Shown: positions 1 through 10,634 of the stretch, piece after piece | Layout: each line of letters starts with the position of its first letter | How positions within the stretch are numbered: position 1 is the first letter of the stretch | Assembly: GCA_963726455.1 (NCBI GenBank) | Contig: CAVSCK010000005.1 | Location: forward strand, 288,001-352,000 | From: an uncultured bacterium | GTDB taxonomy: Bacteria > Zixibacteria > MSB-5A5 > CAIYYT01 | Direction: 5' to 3' | Length of the DNA: 64,000 nucleotides | Position numbers and translations under genes: made by a program | The notes under the pieces: generated by a model | The model's database searches: none | Seen by the model: the letters and a program-made list of their open reading frames with translations, nothing else | What the model was told of the DNA's origin: nothing

Positions 1-14
1 CTAGAAGGAACAAT

Positions 15-1895
15 TTGACCATTCGCATTGTCCTCAGCGCTCTGCTGATCTTCCTGGGCAGTTCCGTCGCAAAAGGGTCCAAACCCAACGCCTTCTTCTT
101 CACTTGTGATTTCATGGAGAAGTATCAGGACTCGGCCTGGCAAGTGGTCGACAGCCGGTCTTTTGCGGCGCCGTTGGAAGCTGATTTTCAGTTTTCAATG
201 GGCAATTTCTCTTACCGCCTGCGCCCTGATTCCTTAAGCAGCAAAGCCGTGAAGCTTGAGTCGCAGGTCAACTGTTTCGACACGTCCTGGCGGAACTTCT
301 TTGACCAGAAAGTTGTGACCAAGGGAGCTTCAGTATTCTTCGACTCGGCGCTGGTCAGGGGCAGTTCTGTCTATCGGATACGCCTCACCTTCGATTCACT
401 TGCCAATTCAAACAGCGAATGCAGTTACAAATATGGGGATTCGAGTTTCGTCTCGGATCCGTCCGGTAAGTATGAGATCTTCTATATCAAGAAATCTCTT
501 GGCGACGTGCGCTGGAATCAGATCCGCGATGCGCTCGAACGCGACTACAAAAATATCGCGCCGATTTATGAACTGAAAGACCAGTCGCGGATCAATTACT
601 TCATCTCCCCCTGTCGGGTTGCCGATGTTGGTTGGGATCCACGTTGGGAAAATGCCATCGATCTGTCGCGCAACAATGTCTTCACCCAGTATAGTACCAA
701 CGTGAATCAAATTTACATGGACATAGTAATGATGTTGCGGTTCTTGCGCAACTGGGGCTACTCACCGTCGCTTCTTCTGGAGGGAGCGGCATGCGCGCCG
801 GATTTTTGCGACCTGTATGCCAAAGAGGATTTGCAGAGCCACAAACTTCCGTCTTTAGCCACGGTCGGCGTATCGAAAAAATACCGGGCACTGGATCGAA
901 CACGTTCGTCGGCTATGGCGGGATCGTTTGCGAATTACCTTCTGCGCACACAAGGCCTGACCAAATACCGGGACTTTTATCAAAGGTGTACTGATTTGAC
1001 ATTGGCTCAGACGTTCCAGCAGGTCTTCGGAAGGCCGTTGAGCGACGTCGAGAGCGAGTGGCACGGCTATCTGGACACGCTCACCTTCAAGGCCTCGGCC
1101 TACCTATACCATATTGAGCGGGCGCAAGTGTTTATGCGTGTCGACGAGATGAAGCAACTGGGCGAAGAAGGGCTGGCCGCGACACATGATACGACACGGT
1201 TTGGGCCGACGCTTTCAGGCATCTACTACTCGTTGGGTGATTACAGCCGCGCCGCGGCATTCTTCAGGTATCAGATGCAGCACGACACATCCAGTCACTC
1301 CAGCGGGGTGTTTCTGGCTAATATGCTGTTGGCGGACGGCAAAATTGCGGCCGCAGAAAGCTTATACTTGAGGGTGGCAGAAACCGACACGTCCGATACT
1401 TATGCCAGTCAGAAACTCGCACTTATCGATCTTCATCACAAGAAACCGGCTGCGAGCATTGAACTGCTGCAGAAGGCAGGTCGAAAGAACACAATCCCGG
1501 CAAATGGAATCGACATAGATCTGGCCCTCGGAGACGCCTATTCAGTTTCGGGCCAAACCGACTCGGCGCGGGTGCATTATCAACTCGCGCTGGATCATTC
1601 CAAAATCCTGATTTCGAGCGCAAGCGATAATCCCATGCACTACTTGCGCGCCGGAAGAGCCGCGCTTCGACTTGACTCACCCAAAGTGGCGCAGGACTAT
1701 TTGCAGACTGCGTTCTTCCTGGAGGAACGGATGTTCTATCTTGGCCAGATCCTGCTGGCTCTGGGTCAGACGAACGACGTTCTCGGTGATCGCAAGACGG
1801 CGCTGGAGAACTATCACAAGGTCTTGAAATTCCCGACCGCATATCTTGATCGTCAGGAGGCGGAAAAATATCTGCAGTCTGCCTACCACAACTGA
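15..1895 (+). CDS. Exported TPR protein with a peptidase-MA/gluzincin-like central domain (HExxH absent)
   Basis: N-terminal signal peptide; 'PSLLLEGAA...AGSFANYLL...KYRDFY...FGRPLSDVESEWHGYL' resembles the peptidase MA-like C-terminal part; several TPR-like helical repeats in the C-terminal half. Confidence 0.6.
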   Translation: MTIRIVLSALLIFLGSSVAKGSKPNAFFFTCDFMEKYQDSAWQVVDSRSFAAPLEADFQFSMGNFSYRLRPDSLSSKAVKLESQVNCFDTSWRNFFDQKVVTKGASVFFDSALVRGSSVYRIRLTFDSLANSNSECSYKYGDSSFVSDPSGKYEIFYIKKSLGDVRWNQIRDALERDYKNIAPIYELKDQSRINYFISPCRVADVGWDPRWENAIDLSRNNVFTQYSTNVNQIYMDIVMMLRFLRNWGYSPSLLLEGAACAPDFCDLYAKEDLQSHKLPSLATVGVSKKYRALDRTRSSAMAGSFANYLLRTQGLTKYRDFYQRCTDLTLAQTFQQVFGRPLSDVESEWHGYLDTLTFKASAYLYHIERAQVFMRVDEMKQLGEEGLAATHDTTRFGPTLSGIYYSLGDYSRAAAFFRYQMQHDTSSHSSGVFLANMLLADGKIAAAESLYLRVAETDTSDTYASQKLALIDLHHKKPAASIELLQKAGRKNTIPANGIDIDLALGDAYSVSGQTDSARVHYQLALDHSKILISSASDNPMHYLRAGRAALRLDSPKVAQDYLQTAFFLEERMFYLGQILLALGQTNDVLGDRKTALENYHKVLKFPTAYLDRQEAEKYLQSAYHN

Positions 1896-1948
1896 CAACG
1901 ACCCGGCACAGAATCAGACTGTAAGACAATCCGCGCGTATAGGATAAT

Positions 1949-4052
1949 ATGAATTTTATCAACCCCTTCCTGCTCCTGTTTGCTGCGGCTGCCAGCATTC
2001 CCTTGCTGCTGCATTTGTTCAATCGCCAACGGGTCAAGGTTGTCGAGTTCTCTACCGTCAAGTATCTGCTGTCTTTGCAAAAGACCCGGATGCGCAAGAT
2101 CCGCGTTCGGCAGATTCTGTTATTGATCTTGCGCACATTGGCTCTGGCGGCAATCGCGTTTGCCTTTGCGCGCCCGACCATTGAAGGCGGTTACCTGCCG
2201 GCACTGGGCGGCAAGAGCACGACGACGGCGATTATTATGCTCGATATTTCCGGCTCAGCGCAGACGGAAACCAACTCCGGCAGTTTCTTCGAGCGAGAGA
2301 TCGACAAGGCGACGCAGATCATGAGCAATTTCCGGGAGAAGGAGCGCGTCGAGATTATCGGTTTCGGCTCGTCCATTCTCTACGATTCCGGCGAACCGAC
2401 GTCCGATTTCGATCGTCTGCGGGCACTGCTCAAGTCGATGCAGCCATCCTTTTCGGCGGCTGCCCCGCAATTGGCGTTTCTGCGCGCTGAGGAAGTGCTG
2501 AAGAACAGCCATGATCCCAACCTTGAAGTCTATCTGATCAGTGACCTGCAGGGTCAGGTGTGGAAGAATTTCGATTTCGAGATGTTTCAGACCAACCACC
2601 TGAACGTGAAATTATTTATTTCGCGCGTGTCACCCAAGACGGTTGACAACGTCTCGGTACAGACGATCAAGTTTCCGAATCAGTTGATCACCGCCGGACG
2701 GGAATTCAGTCTGCAAGGCGAGATCAAGAATTTCAAAGCGGAAAATTCCGCCGACTTGTTGGTGTCACTTGACTTGAACGACAAGAAGGTGGCGCAGACT
2801 GATCTGGCGATTGCTCCCGGAGCAGCCGGAAAGATTACGTTCACGAACAATGCGCCGGCGAGTGGATTCATGTATGGATCGGTCAGCATCGACGACGATG
2901 AGCTCCTGCCCGATAATCATTTCAGCTTCGCCATGAAGATACCGTCGAGTAGTCATGTGGCGCTGGTCTCGGACGACGATCAGGAAGCTTTCTATATTCA
3001 GAAAGCGCTGGCGCCGGTGGCGAATGGCAGCTTCACCAAACAGGTGACCCTGGTCGGCACGCTGCAGGCAAGCAGCGCCAATCTGTTCAGCTATGATGCC
3101 GTTATTGTGAGTCTCACGGGACAGATGCCGGCGGCATTGGTGTCGAGTCTGCGCAGCTATATCAATTCGGGCGGCGCCGTGTTGTTCATGATGCGTCCTG
3201 ATATTGATTGGCGCGACTTCTCCGATAAAATCGCATCGCCAATATTCAGAATAAGGGCCGTCGAGGCGCCGCCTACACCGACTCCGCAATCGGGAAAGTA
3301 TCTCTTGAATCGTTTTGATTTCGATCATCCATTGTTCTCGCCATACAAACAGTTCACCGCGGACAAACTACCGCAGGCAGAATTTCTCGGTCATTTCCGC
3401 ACCGTCGAGGAGGCATCGAGCCGGGTGCTGGCAAGGTTTTCCGACAACATGCCGGCGGTGCTCGAGGGAAGTGTCGGCAAAGGCAAGGCGCTGCTGTACA
3501 CTTTCAGTCTCGACGAACGTTACAGTGACATCGTCCAGCGGCCGTTTATGGTGATTCTGCTAAATCGCTCGCTTGAGTATCTCGTGTCGGAACCGCTCAA
3601 TCAGCGGGAGAATCTGATTTCGGGAACTGAGGTAACGCGCGAATTGGGAGTTCTCAGACGCCAAACAATTCTCGCTGGTTGATCCCGACAATGACACCAC
3701 TCAACTCTCGCCGGCGTTTCGCACCGGCGAAGTAATTTTCAATGTTGGACGGGTGCAACATCCCGGAATTTACAAGATCATCGGCGACGGAGCCGTCGTA
3801 GATGTGTTTGCGGTTAACTTCCCTTCCGAGGAATCGGAACCGCTGTACAACGAACCGGAGGCGGTAGGCAGCAAGGTCACCGGCGCCACCACGATTGTGC
3901 TTGACTACGCAGCCGATCCGGCCGCAGTGATCAAATCGGCGCGCTACGGAACCGAACTCTGGAAGCTGTTCCTGCTAATTGGTTTTGTGCTACTGATGGT
4001 TGAGATGGCAGTCGCTTACGGCGGCAAGCAGAGCGAGGGCGCCGCAACTTGA
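1949..4052 (+). CDS. BatA-domain/vWA membrane protein, frameshifted at ~3646-3648
   Basis: N-terminal 'MNFINPFLLLFAAAASIPLLLHLFNRQR...FSTVKYL' BatA motif, vWA 'LDISGS'; removing one G from ttGGGag joins ORF 1949-3682 to ORF 3753-4052 (ELEFSDAKQFSLVDPDN...ELWKLFLLIGFVLLMVE). Confidence 0.8.
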
Positions 4053-5938
4053 TCTTCCTGCAATTCTCCGGAATCACGAAGAATTACAACGACAGAGAAC
4101 TGCTACGTGGAATTGATCTGACCGTTGTGCGCGGTGAGCGTATCGGCCTGGTCGGTCCCAACGGAGCCGGCAAGACCACGCTACTCAAGATCGCGCTTGG
4201 ACAAGTCCTTCCCGACAACGGCAACGCGACACTGGCAAGCAAGATCAAGGTCGGGTATGTTTCTCAGGAAGACGAGATAACTTCCGACTATTCGCTGTTC
4301 TTGGCGATGCTCGAATCATACTCCGACATGCTCAAGATCAAAGCCGAACTCGAAGAACTGGAACTGGCGGTTGCCGGCGGTTCGGAGAGGACGCTGGAAC
4401 GGTACGGAGAGCTGCAGCACCGTTGGGAAATGATGGGCGGATACAATCTCGACACAGTCATCAAGAGCACCTTGATCGGTTTGGGATTCAGCGAGGACGA
4501 TTTCCATCGTTCGATCTCAAGTTTCTCCGGCGGCGAGCGGAATCGCGCGTCCATTGCCAAGGTTTTGTTGCAGCAACCCGATTTGCTACTGTTGGACGAG
4601 CCGACAAATCATCTGGATATCGAATCGACAATCTGGCTGGAAGACTACTTGCAGAAATTCGAGGGCTCGCTGATTGTCGTGTCGCACGATCGCGTGCTGC
4701 TCGATCATGTGGTGAACAAGATCGTGGAACTCGACCACGGCCTGCTGGAAACCTATCACGGAAATTTCAGCGCCTACTGCGAAGAGCGCAATGAACGCCG
4801 GCGGTTGCAACTGAAGCACTACTTACAGCAACAGGAAGAGATCGAGAGAATCCAGGATTTCATTCACCGCAATCTTGCCGGACAGAAGACAAAACAGGCA
4901 CAATCGAAGCGGCGCGCGCTGGGCAAACTGGCGCGATTGGAAGCGCCGACTTCAGAAACTAAACGCGCATCTTTGAATTTACAGGTATCGCGGCGGGCAT
5001 ACCAGTCAGTCTTGAAGGTCGAGAATCTGGCATTCGGATTTGGCAACAACTTGCTTTTGCAGGACATCGAATTTGAAATCGAGCGCGGTGAAAAGATTGG
5101 ACTGATCGGCAGGAACGGCGCCGGTAAGTCGACTTTGGTCAAGCTGCTGGTCGGTCAACTGGAGCCATGGGACGGCAGCGTGGAAATCGGCGCCAATGTC
5201 GACTGTGAATTCGTGGATCAGGAACTTTCAATGCTACGCGCTAACGACACAGTACTGGACACAATTTGGGATTTGCAACCGCAGTGGGAGGCGTTCCAAT
5301 TGCGCAGCCATCTGGCGCGCTTTCTTTTCTTTGGAGAAGACGTCTTCAAACACGTACGCATGTTGTCGGGCGGTGAGAAGAAGAAGCTGGCACTCGCCCG
5401 GCTGTTGGCAACTCCGGCCAATTTCATCATCCTGGACGAACCTACCAACCACCTGGATATCGGTTCGCGCGAGGTGCTGGAGGAGGCGTTGCGCGAATAT
5501 GAAGGAACAGTGTTATTCATCAGCCACGACCGCTTCCTGCTGGAGTCGGCGGCACAACGGATTCTCGCAATACGCGACGGCAAACTGTACGACTGGCGCG
5601 GCAAGTATTCGGAATTCGCGGAACAAAGCAAGACCATTCCGTTGAAGTCGGAGGGCAGCCACAAGGTACAGAAGCGTGAAGATCGTAAACAGGAACGTCG
5701 CCAGAAGAACATCGTCACAGCGCGCCGCAGACGTATCAAGGAATTGGAATTGGAAATCGCGACACTGGACCAGGAGATCGAGCAACTGCAATCGGAATTG
5801 CACGATGAACGATATGCCGCCGATTGGGAAAGACTCGCGGAGCTTGGCCGTGAACAAAACGCCAAACGATCGCTACTTGACGAACGCACTTCGGAGTATT
5901 ATCAACTGACCGAGGAAGATGAAACTGCTGATAGTTAA
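4049..5938 (+). CDS. ABC-F family ATP-binding protein
   Basis: Two ABC cassettes (GPNGAGKTT/FSGGE/LLDEPTNHLD and GRNGAGKST/LSGGE/ILDEPTNHLD), no TM segments, C-terminal coiled coil. Confidence 0.92.
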   Translation: MIFLQFSGITKNYNDRELLRGIDLTVVRGERIGLVGPNGAGKTTLLKIALGQVLPDNGNATLASKIKVGYVSQEDEITSDYSLFLAMLESYSDMLKIKAELEELELAVAGGSERTLERYGELQHRWEMMGGYNLDTVIKSTLIGLGFSEDDFHRSISSFSGGERNRASIAKVLLQQPDLLLLDEPTNHLDIESTIWLEDYLQKFEGSLIVVSHDRVLLDHVVNKIVELDHGLLETYHGNFSAYCEERNERRRLQLKHYLQQQEEIERIQDFIHRNLAGQKTKQAQSKRRALGKLARLEAPTSETKRASLNLQVSRRAYQSVLKVENLAFGFGNNLLLQDIEFEIERGEKIGLIGRNGAGKSTLVKLLVGQLEPWDGSVEIGANVDCEFVDQELSMLRANDTVLDTIWDLQPQWEAFQLRSHLARFLFFGEDVFKHVRMLSGGEKKKLALARLLATPANFIILDEPTNHLDIGSREVLEEALREYEGTVLFISHDRFLLESAAQRILAIRDGKLYDWRGKYSEFAEQSKTIPLKSEGSHKVQKREDRKQERRQKNIVTARRRRIKELELEIATLDQEIEQLQSELHDERYAADWERLAELGREQNAKRSLLDERTSEYYQLTEEDETADS

Positions 5939-6506
5939 CGGCTCGCCGCGCCTCGGAAGTTCGACCGAAATTCTGGCGGCATCCTTTGCGGCGGGATTCT
6001 TGTCGGTTCATGCCGACGCCGAGGTCGTGAATGTGCGATTGAACGACCTGGATATTATTCCCTGCCAGGCCTGCGGAATTGATCCGACGCCGTTGCCGTG
6101 CATATATAAGGACGATCTCTATCCGATTTTGGAACATCTGCTGAACGCAGATATGTTGCTGGTCGCCACGCCGGTCTATTTCGACACGGTCAGCGCGCAG
6201 ACCAAGCTGTTTATCGATCGCACCAATTGCTTCCGGCCGCCGCGGTTTCGCAACCACCGCGTTGAGTTTGACGACCATGGTCTTCTTCATTCGAAGGGCG
6301 CGTATATTCTGGTCGGCGGCGCCAGAGAGAAGTTTGATGCGGCTGAACGCGTTATCGGTGGGTTCTTTATCTGGGCTGGAATCGAAAAGCTGGGCAAAGT
6401 AGTATATGCGCACGATGATTGGCCGGTTGGCGGCGCCGAACGCAATCCGGAAATCCGCAGTCGCTGTTTTGAACTGGGAACGACTGCAGGAAACGCACTG
6501 TTATAA
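5919..6506 (+). CDS. Flavodoxin family / iron-sulfur flavoprotein (NADPH-dependent FMN reductase-like)
   Basis: NGSPR..SST, PCQAC...C...DD, TPVYF..VSAQTKLFIDR motifs. Confidence 0.85.
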   Translation: MKLLIVNGSPRLGSSTEILAASFAAGFLSVHADAEVVNVRLNDLDIIPCQACGIDPTPLPCIYKDDLYPILEHLLNADMLLVATPVYFDTVSAQTKLFIDRTNCFRPPRFRNHRVEFDDHGLLHSKGAYILVGGAREKFDAAERVIGGFFIWAGIEKLGKVVYAHDDWPVGGAERNPEIRSRCFELGTTAGNALL

Positions 6507-6671
6507 TCTACAGCAGGTATTCACCTCGATAGTTACTGAGGTGTGAAAATGTTTTCGTCCGTTAATTGTGGGGCAAAACGGAGAGCCAAAAAACGTGTTT
6601 CCGCTTGCGCAAAGCAGAATTATTATACGTAATTATTCGGAATTTCTGTGCGTCGAGAAAGGTAGGAACAC

Positions 6672-8966
6672 TTGGATATCAAGGAAATATTAAGACAAGT
6701 TGAGACTTACGAAGAGGCCGGCGCCTATGTCACGGACCGCGACAAGCCGCTGAGCGAATACGCGGAACTGAGTGCCGGCGAGTTGGAACATATTTTCGAT
6801 ATTATGGTGAAGTCGCGGCGAATCCTGATCGAGGAAAAGTTGCTGACCCGCCGCGGCGAAAGTTACTTCTTCATCGGCTCATCCGGCAAGGAACTGATCG
6901 ACGCCTGCACCGGACACTTCCTGCGCATTACCGACCCGTTCTTCGGTTATTATCGCAACAAGACTCTCGACATATTCCGGGGAATTGACATCCGGCAGAA
7001 GATGCTCGAATGCATAGGTGATCCGCGGTCGTCGTCTACCGGCGGAATGTTGCAGCATGCGCATTCGGCGCATCCCAAGGAAAGCATTATGCCGCAATCG
7101 TCCCCTACCGGCGCACATGCACTGGAGGCGGCCGGAACCGGCGCCGCCATCGGAAATCCATCGCCGATATCGCAGCAGTCGCGGTATCCCGGCGGACGTT
7201 GGCCGAGCGATTCAGTAGTGTACTGCGGTATCGGCGAGGGCTCGACATCGGAGTCCGAATTCGCGCGTGCCGTTTTCTATTCGGTTTTCTATAAGGCCAG
7301 GAATATTTTCGCGATTTACAATTGCGGGTGGGCGATTTCGGTTTCGGTGGAGGAGCAATTCCCCGACGGCGACCCGACTTCACCGTTCGAAGGGTACCAG
7401 CGATTCGGGCTGAAAATTGACCATTTCGATGGAACGGACATCAAGGAAGTCCTTCGACATGTTCGCGACAATGTCGAATACTGCCGCAGCGGCAAAGGGC
7501 CGGTGCTGGAAAACGTCAGAGTCGTGCGCGAGGAAAGCCATTCCGGATCAGATGACCAGTCGTTCTATATGGCGTTGTCGGACCAGAAATGGCACTACAC
7601 CAATGATCCCATTCTGAAAAGCGCCAAGACGCTTATCCATGACGGCATTCTGACTGCGGAACGCGTGAAAGAAATGTACGAAAAGTACGATGAAGAGGTG
7701 TCGCGGATTTCGGCAGAAGTGGTTGCGGATCGGCGGCTCAAGACGCGCGATTATATCAAGAGTCTGGTGGTCGGTTATGATTTCGACAAGGCGAAGCGGC
7801 GTTGGAATCAGATCGTGACTTCGTATAAGGGTGATCGCAAGGAAGACTACCAGAAATACCACGAACAGGGTGCGCGTACTTCGGCGGAGCTGCCGGAGAA
7901 TATGGGCGGCATGACGTTACGTCGCGCGATGAATTATGCGCTTTTCGACCTGTTCCTGCTCACTCCCGACGCGATCTTGTTCGGGGAGGACGTTGCCGAT
8001 TTCTCCGGCAAGATGAAATTCAACACCGAAGAACAGAAGACACTTAAGGGCAAGGGCGGCGTCTTTCTGGTAAGTCAGGGCTTGCAGCGCGCGTTCGGTA
8101 TCGGTCGCGTGTTCAACACGCCATTGGATGAGGCAGGTATTCTCTCACTGGGAATGGGACACGCTTATCAAGGACGAATTGCCCTGCCGGAAATTCAGTT
8201 TCTCGACTATATCTCGCCGGCCTACCAGCAACTCAAGGACCGCATTGCTACCTTGCATCAGCGCTCCAAGGGTCAGGAACTGGCCAATGTAGTAATTCGC
8301 GTGTCGTACGGTGGATATAAACAAGGCGCCGGCTCGTTCTGGCATTCGGAAGCGAATCTCGGAACGTTCCTGAATATCCCGGGATTGCATATTGTCATAC
8401 CCTCGAACGCGGAAGATGCTGTCGGCCTGTTCCGGACGGCGGTCGCCTGTAACGACCCCGTGCTCTTCTGCGAAGCTGTTGCGTTGTACAATCGCCGCGA
8501 ATGGGACGGCGTCAATATCGAACGTCCATACCCACCGCTCGATTTTATGATCCCCTTCGGTCAGGCCAAAGTGTATGACGAGCAGAACCATGACCTGGCG
8601 ATAGTTTCGTACGGCATCACGTTGCCGATGTGCCGTCGCGCGTCGCAGTTATTGGCCGAGAAGGGCATCAATGCCCGGGTCATTGATCTGCGCACTCTTA
8701 GGCCGCTCGATGAAGACGCAATTCGCAAAGCTGCCACCGAGTGTGCGCGCGTGCTGATCGTGTCGGAAGATAGATTCCCCGGAGGCGTTGGGCCGACAAT
8801 CGCTTCGGTCATTACTTCGTCGGACGCTTTCGGATACCTTGATGCTCCGATCGGAATGGTCACGGCTCTTGACGCCCGTGTTGCCTACGGTCCCGACGGT
8901 GATCGCGCCTGCATCCCGCAGATCGAGCAAATTATATCGGAGGCTGAAAAGGTGATGGCATATTGA
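6672..8966 (+). CDS. 2-oxoacid dehydrogenase E1, fused alpha+beta subunits (branched-chain type likely)
   Basis: TPP-binding GEGSTSE..N.GWAIS, SHSGSDD, GEDV, FNTPLDEAGI, EIQFLDY, HSE, IDLRTLRPLD. Confidence 0.88.
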   Translation: MDIKEILRQVETYEEAGAYVTDRDKPLSEYAELSAGELEHIFDIMVKSRRILIEEKLLTRRGESYFFIGSSGKELIDACTGHFLRITDPFFGYYRNKTLDIFRGIDIRQKMLECIGDPRSSSTGGMLQHAHSAHPKESIMPQSSPTGAHALEAAGTGAAIGNPSPISQQSRYPGGRWPSDSVVYCGIGEGSTSESEFARAVFYSVFYKARNIFAIYNCGWAISVSVEEQFPDGDPTSPFEGYQRFGLKIDHFDGTDIKEVLRHVRDNVEYCRSGKGPVLENVRVVREESHSGSDDQSFYMALSDQKWHYTNDPILKSAKTLIHDGILTAERVKEMYEKYDEEVSRISAEVVADRRLKTRDYIKSLVVGYDFDKAKRRWNQIVTSYKGDRKEDYQKYHEQGARTSAELPENMGGMTLRRAMNYALFDLFLLTPDAILFGEDVADFSGKMKFNTEEQKTLKGKGGVFLVSQGLQRAFGIGRVFNTPLDEAGILSLGMGHAYQGRIALPEIQFLDYISPAYQQLKDRIATLHQRSKGQELANVVIRVSYGGYKQGAGSFWHSEANLGTFLNIPGLHIVIPSNAEDAVGLFRTAVACNDPVLFCEAVALYNRREWDGVNIERPYPPLDFMIPFGQAKVYDEQNHDLAIVSYGITLPMCRRASQLLAEKGINARVIDLRTLRPLDEDAIRKAATECARVLIVSEDRFPGGVGPTIASVITSSDAFGYLDAPIGMVTALDARVAYGPDGDRACIPQIEQIISEAEKVMAY

Positions 8967-9042
8967 TCCGTCGCGAACGAAATTTGAGAATTATGCGGAT
9001 GTGAGCCGGGCGAGAACGGTCCGGGATATTTATCCACTATGC

Positions 9043-9069
9043 AGAAGGGCGCGTGTTACGCGCCCTTCT
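9043..9069. terminator. Bidirectional hairpin terminator
   Basis: AGAAGGGCGCGT-gtt-ACGCGCCCTTCT perfect stem between convergent genes. Confidence 0.6.
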
Positions 9070-9096
9070 AGTTTTGCATCGGTCAAATATCCTGGT

Positions 9097-10497
9097 CTAG
9101 AATCCGAGGAACAGAATGTCCGTTTCGATATAGGACTTGTTCTCGAACAGAATCGCTGAGCCGAGCGACTTCGAGGTATATAGCCGGATGTCCGGCATCC
9201 GCACGGTCCACCAGAGATTGCGGTAGAATCGAGTCGTGCCGCCGACGCGTGCTTTGAGATACATCGACCGGTTGTCCAGCAGCGTCTTGTCGGTACCGTT
9301 GGAAAATGTGCGCGCTTCAAAACCTATCATGGCGTTAAAGATGCGCGTCAATTTACTACTCAATTCGACGTTGAACGCCGTCGACGATATGTTCTTCAGA
9401 TTCACGAGTGACAATTGCACCGGCACGAAATCGGTCTCGGTCTTGCTCAGGGAATTGGGATATTGGCCGGTCTCTAAACAACCATATAAAGCTGTATTGG
9501 CGCCGAGGACTTTGGTGCCGTCGACATAGAATTTCCACTTCGGCACCAGACTTTCGAAACTCTGCGCGCGATAAGACGGGAGATAGATACTGGGATAATT
9601 GTACTGGCTGGCCCCGCTGTATTGATAGTCAAACAGGTTGAAATACAATGCGCCGCCGCCGCGAACATAACTTCCGGATGCAAAGGTCTTCTTTACCGAG
9701 ATTTTCGGCGCGCCGCTGTAAATGTATTCCTTCACCGTCGCCGTATCCTTGAAGTTCTGTGGAAGTCCGTCAGGTCCAAATGGCGGCTCAGGAGCATCGA
9801 ATTTCTCATACATGCGAGTGAAGACTCCTCCAACCACCACATCGATGTTGTTCTTGGTGCGGTACAGAAGATCGACTTCTCCCTGAATGTTTTCACCGTC
9901 ACCCGAAGGCAGAGTTAACTGCGAATCGGCCTGGGACGCATACGCAGGCTGCAATGCAAAAATGTAAGACGCCGGATAATTGCTGATGGAGCCCGAGACA
10001 CCCAGGGTCACATTTTCCTTCGGCTTCCAGGCAAATGCCGTCTTAAAGTTCAGGCGCGACGGCACCGACTGCAGGAACGGCTCACGGTCCCTGGCGTTTC
10101 GATCACGGCCGTAGTCCACCCAAAGTGAGCCGAAAGTCGTCTTGCCGAAGTTTGAGTAGATGCTGAGGCGAAAGTCAGTGTTCTTGTAGTCGATTCCCCG
10201 ATAGAATGAATACCCGTAGCGAGTAGCAGCAGCGCCGTTCAATTGATTGAGCGAATTGACGTTCTTGCCATATCCGAATGCAACCGAGACATACATTTTG
10301 TCGAGATCGCCGAGATATGCCGGGCTGCGATAATTAATCTCGAACGGCCAGGAATTTGCCATCCACATCACCGAAGGGACGGTAGACAGATTAATGTCCG
10401 GCCAGGGACGAGACCGCCGCCGACTTTGCGCTGACGCCGTCACTGCCGAAATCAGAAATATGCAAAGGAGGAAGAGAAACTTTAGCCGAGTTTTCAT
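9097..10497 (-). CDS. Hypothetical outer-membrane beta-barrel protein
   Basis: Signal peptide MKTRLKFLFLLCIFLISAVTASA, alternating aromatic beta-strand pattern, C-terminal Phe; start at the ATG after AAAGGA. Confidence 0.55.
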   Translation of the reverse strand: MKTRLKFLFLLCIFLISAVTASAQSRRRSRPWPDINLSTVPSVMWMANSWPFEINYRSPAYLGDLDKMYVSVAFGYGKNVNSLNQLNGAAATRYGYSFYRGIDYKNTDFRLSIYSNFGKTTFGSLWVDYGRDRNARDREPFLQSVPSRLNFKTAFAWKPKENVTLGVSGSISNYPASYIFALQPAYASQADSQLTLPSGDGENIQGEVDLLYRTKNNIDVVVGGVFTRMYEKFDAPEPPFGPDGLPQNFKDTATVKEYIYSGAPKISVKKTFASGSYVRGGGALYFNLFDYQYSGASQYNYPSIYLPSYRAQSFESLVPKWKFYVDGTKVLGANTALYGCLETGQYPNSLSKTETDFVPVQLSLVNLKNISSTAFNVELSSKLTRIFNAMIGFEARTFSNGTDKTLLDNRSMYLKARVGGTTRFYRNLWWTVRMPDIRLYTSKSLGSAILFENKSYIETDILFLGF

Positions 10498-10634
10498 ATC
10501 GAATCCTTTATTAGTCTTGTAGCGCTGTATCTCCCGCGCACTGTCCAAATATTCCGGTCACGATAGGATCCCAACAATCGCCGGCGCAAAGGAAGGTATC
10601 CCACTCCCAATGGCATTTCCACAAACCACACCGG

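Noticed and set aside
10550-10634. Cobalamin or c-di-GMP riboswitch upstream of the barrel gene
   Set aside because: Only fragmentary resemblance (GCCATTG...GGGA); core consensus elements are missing.
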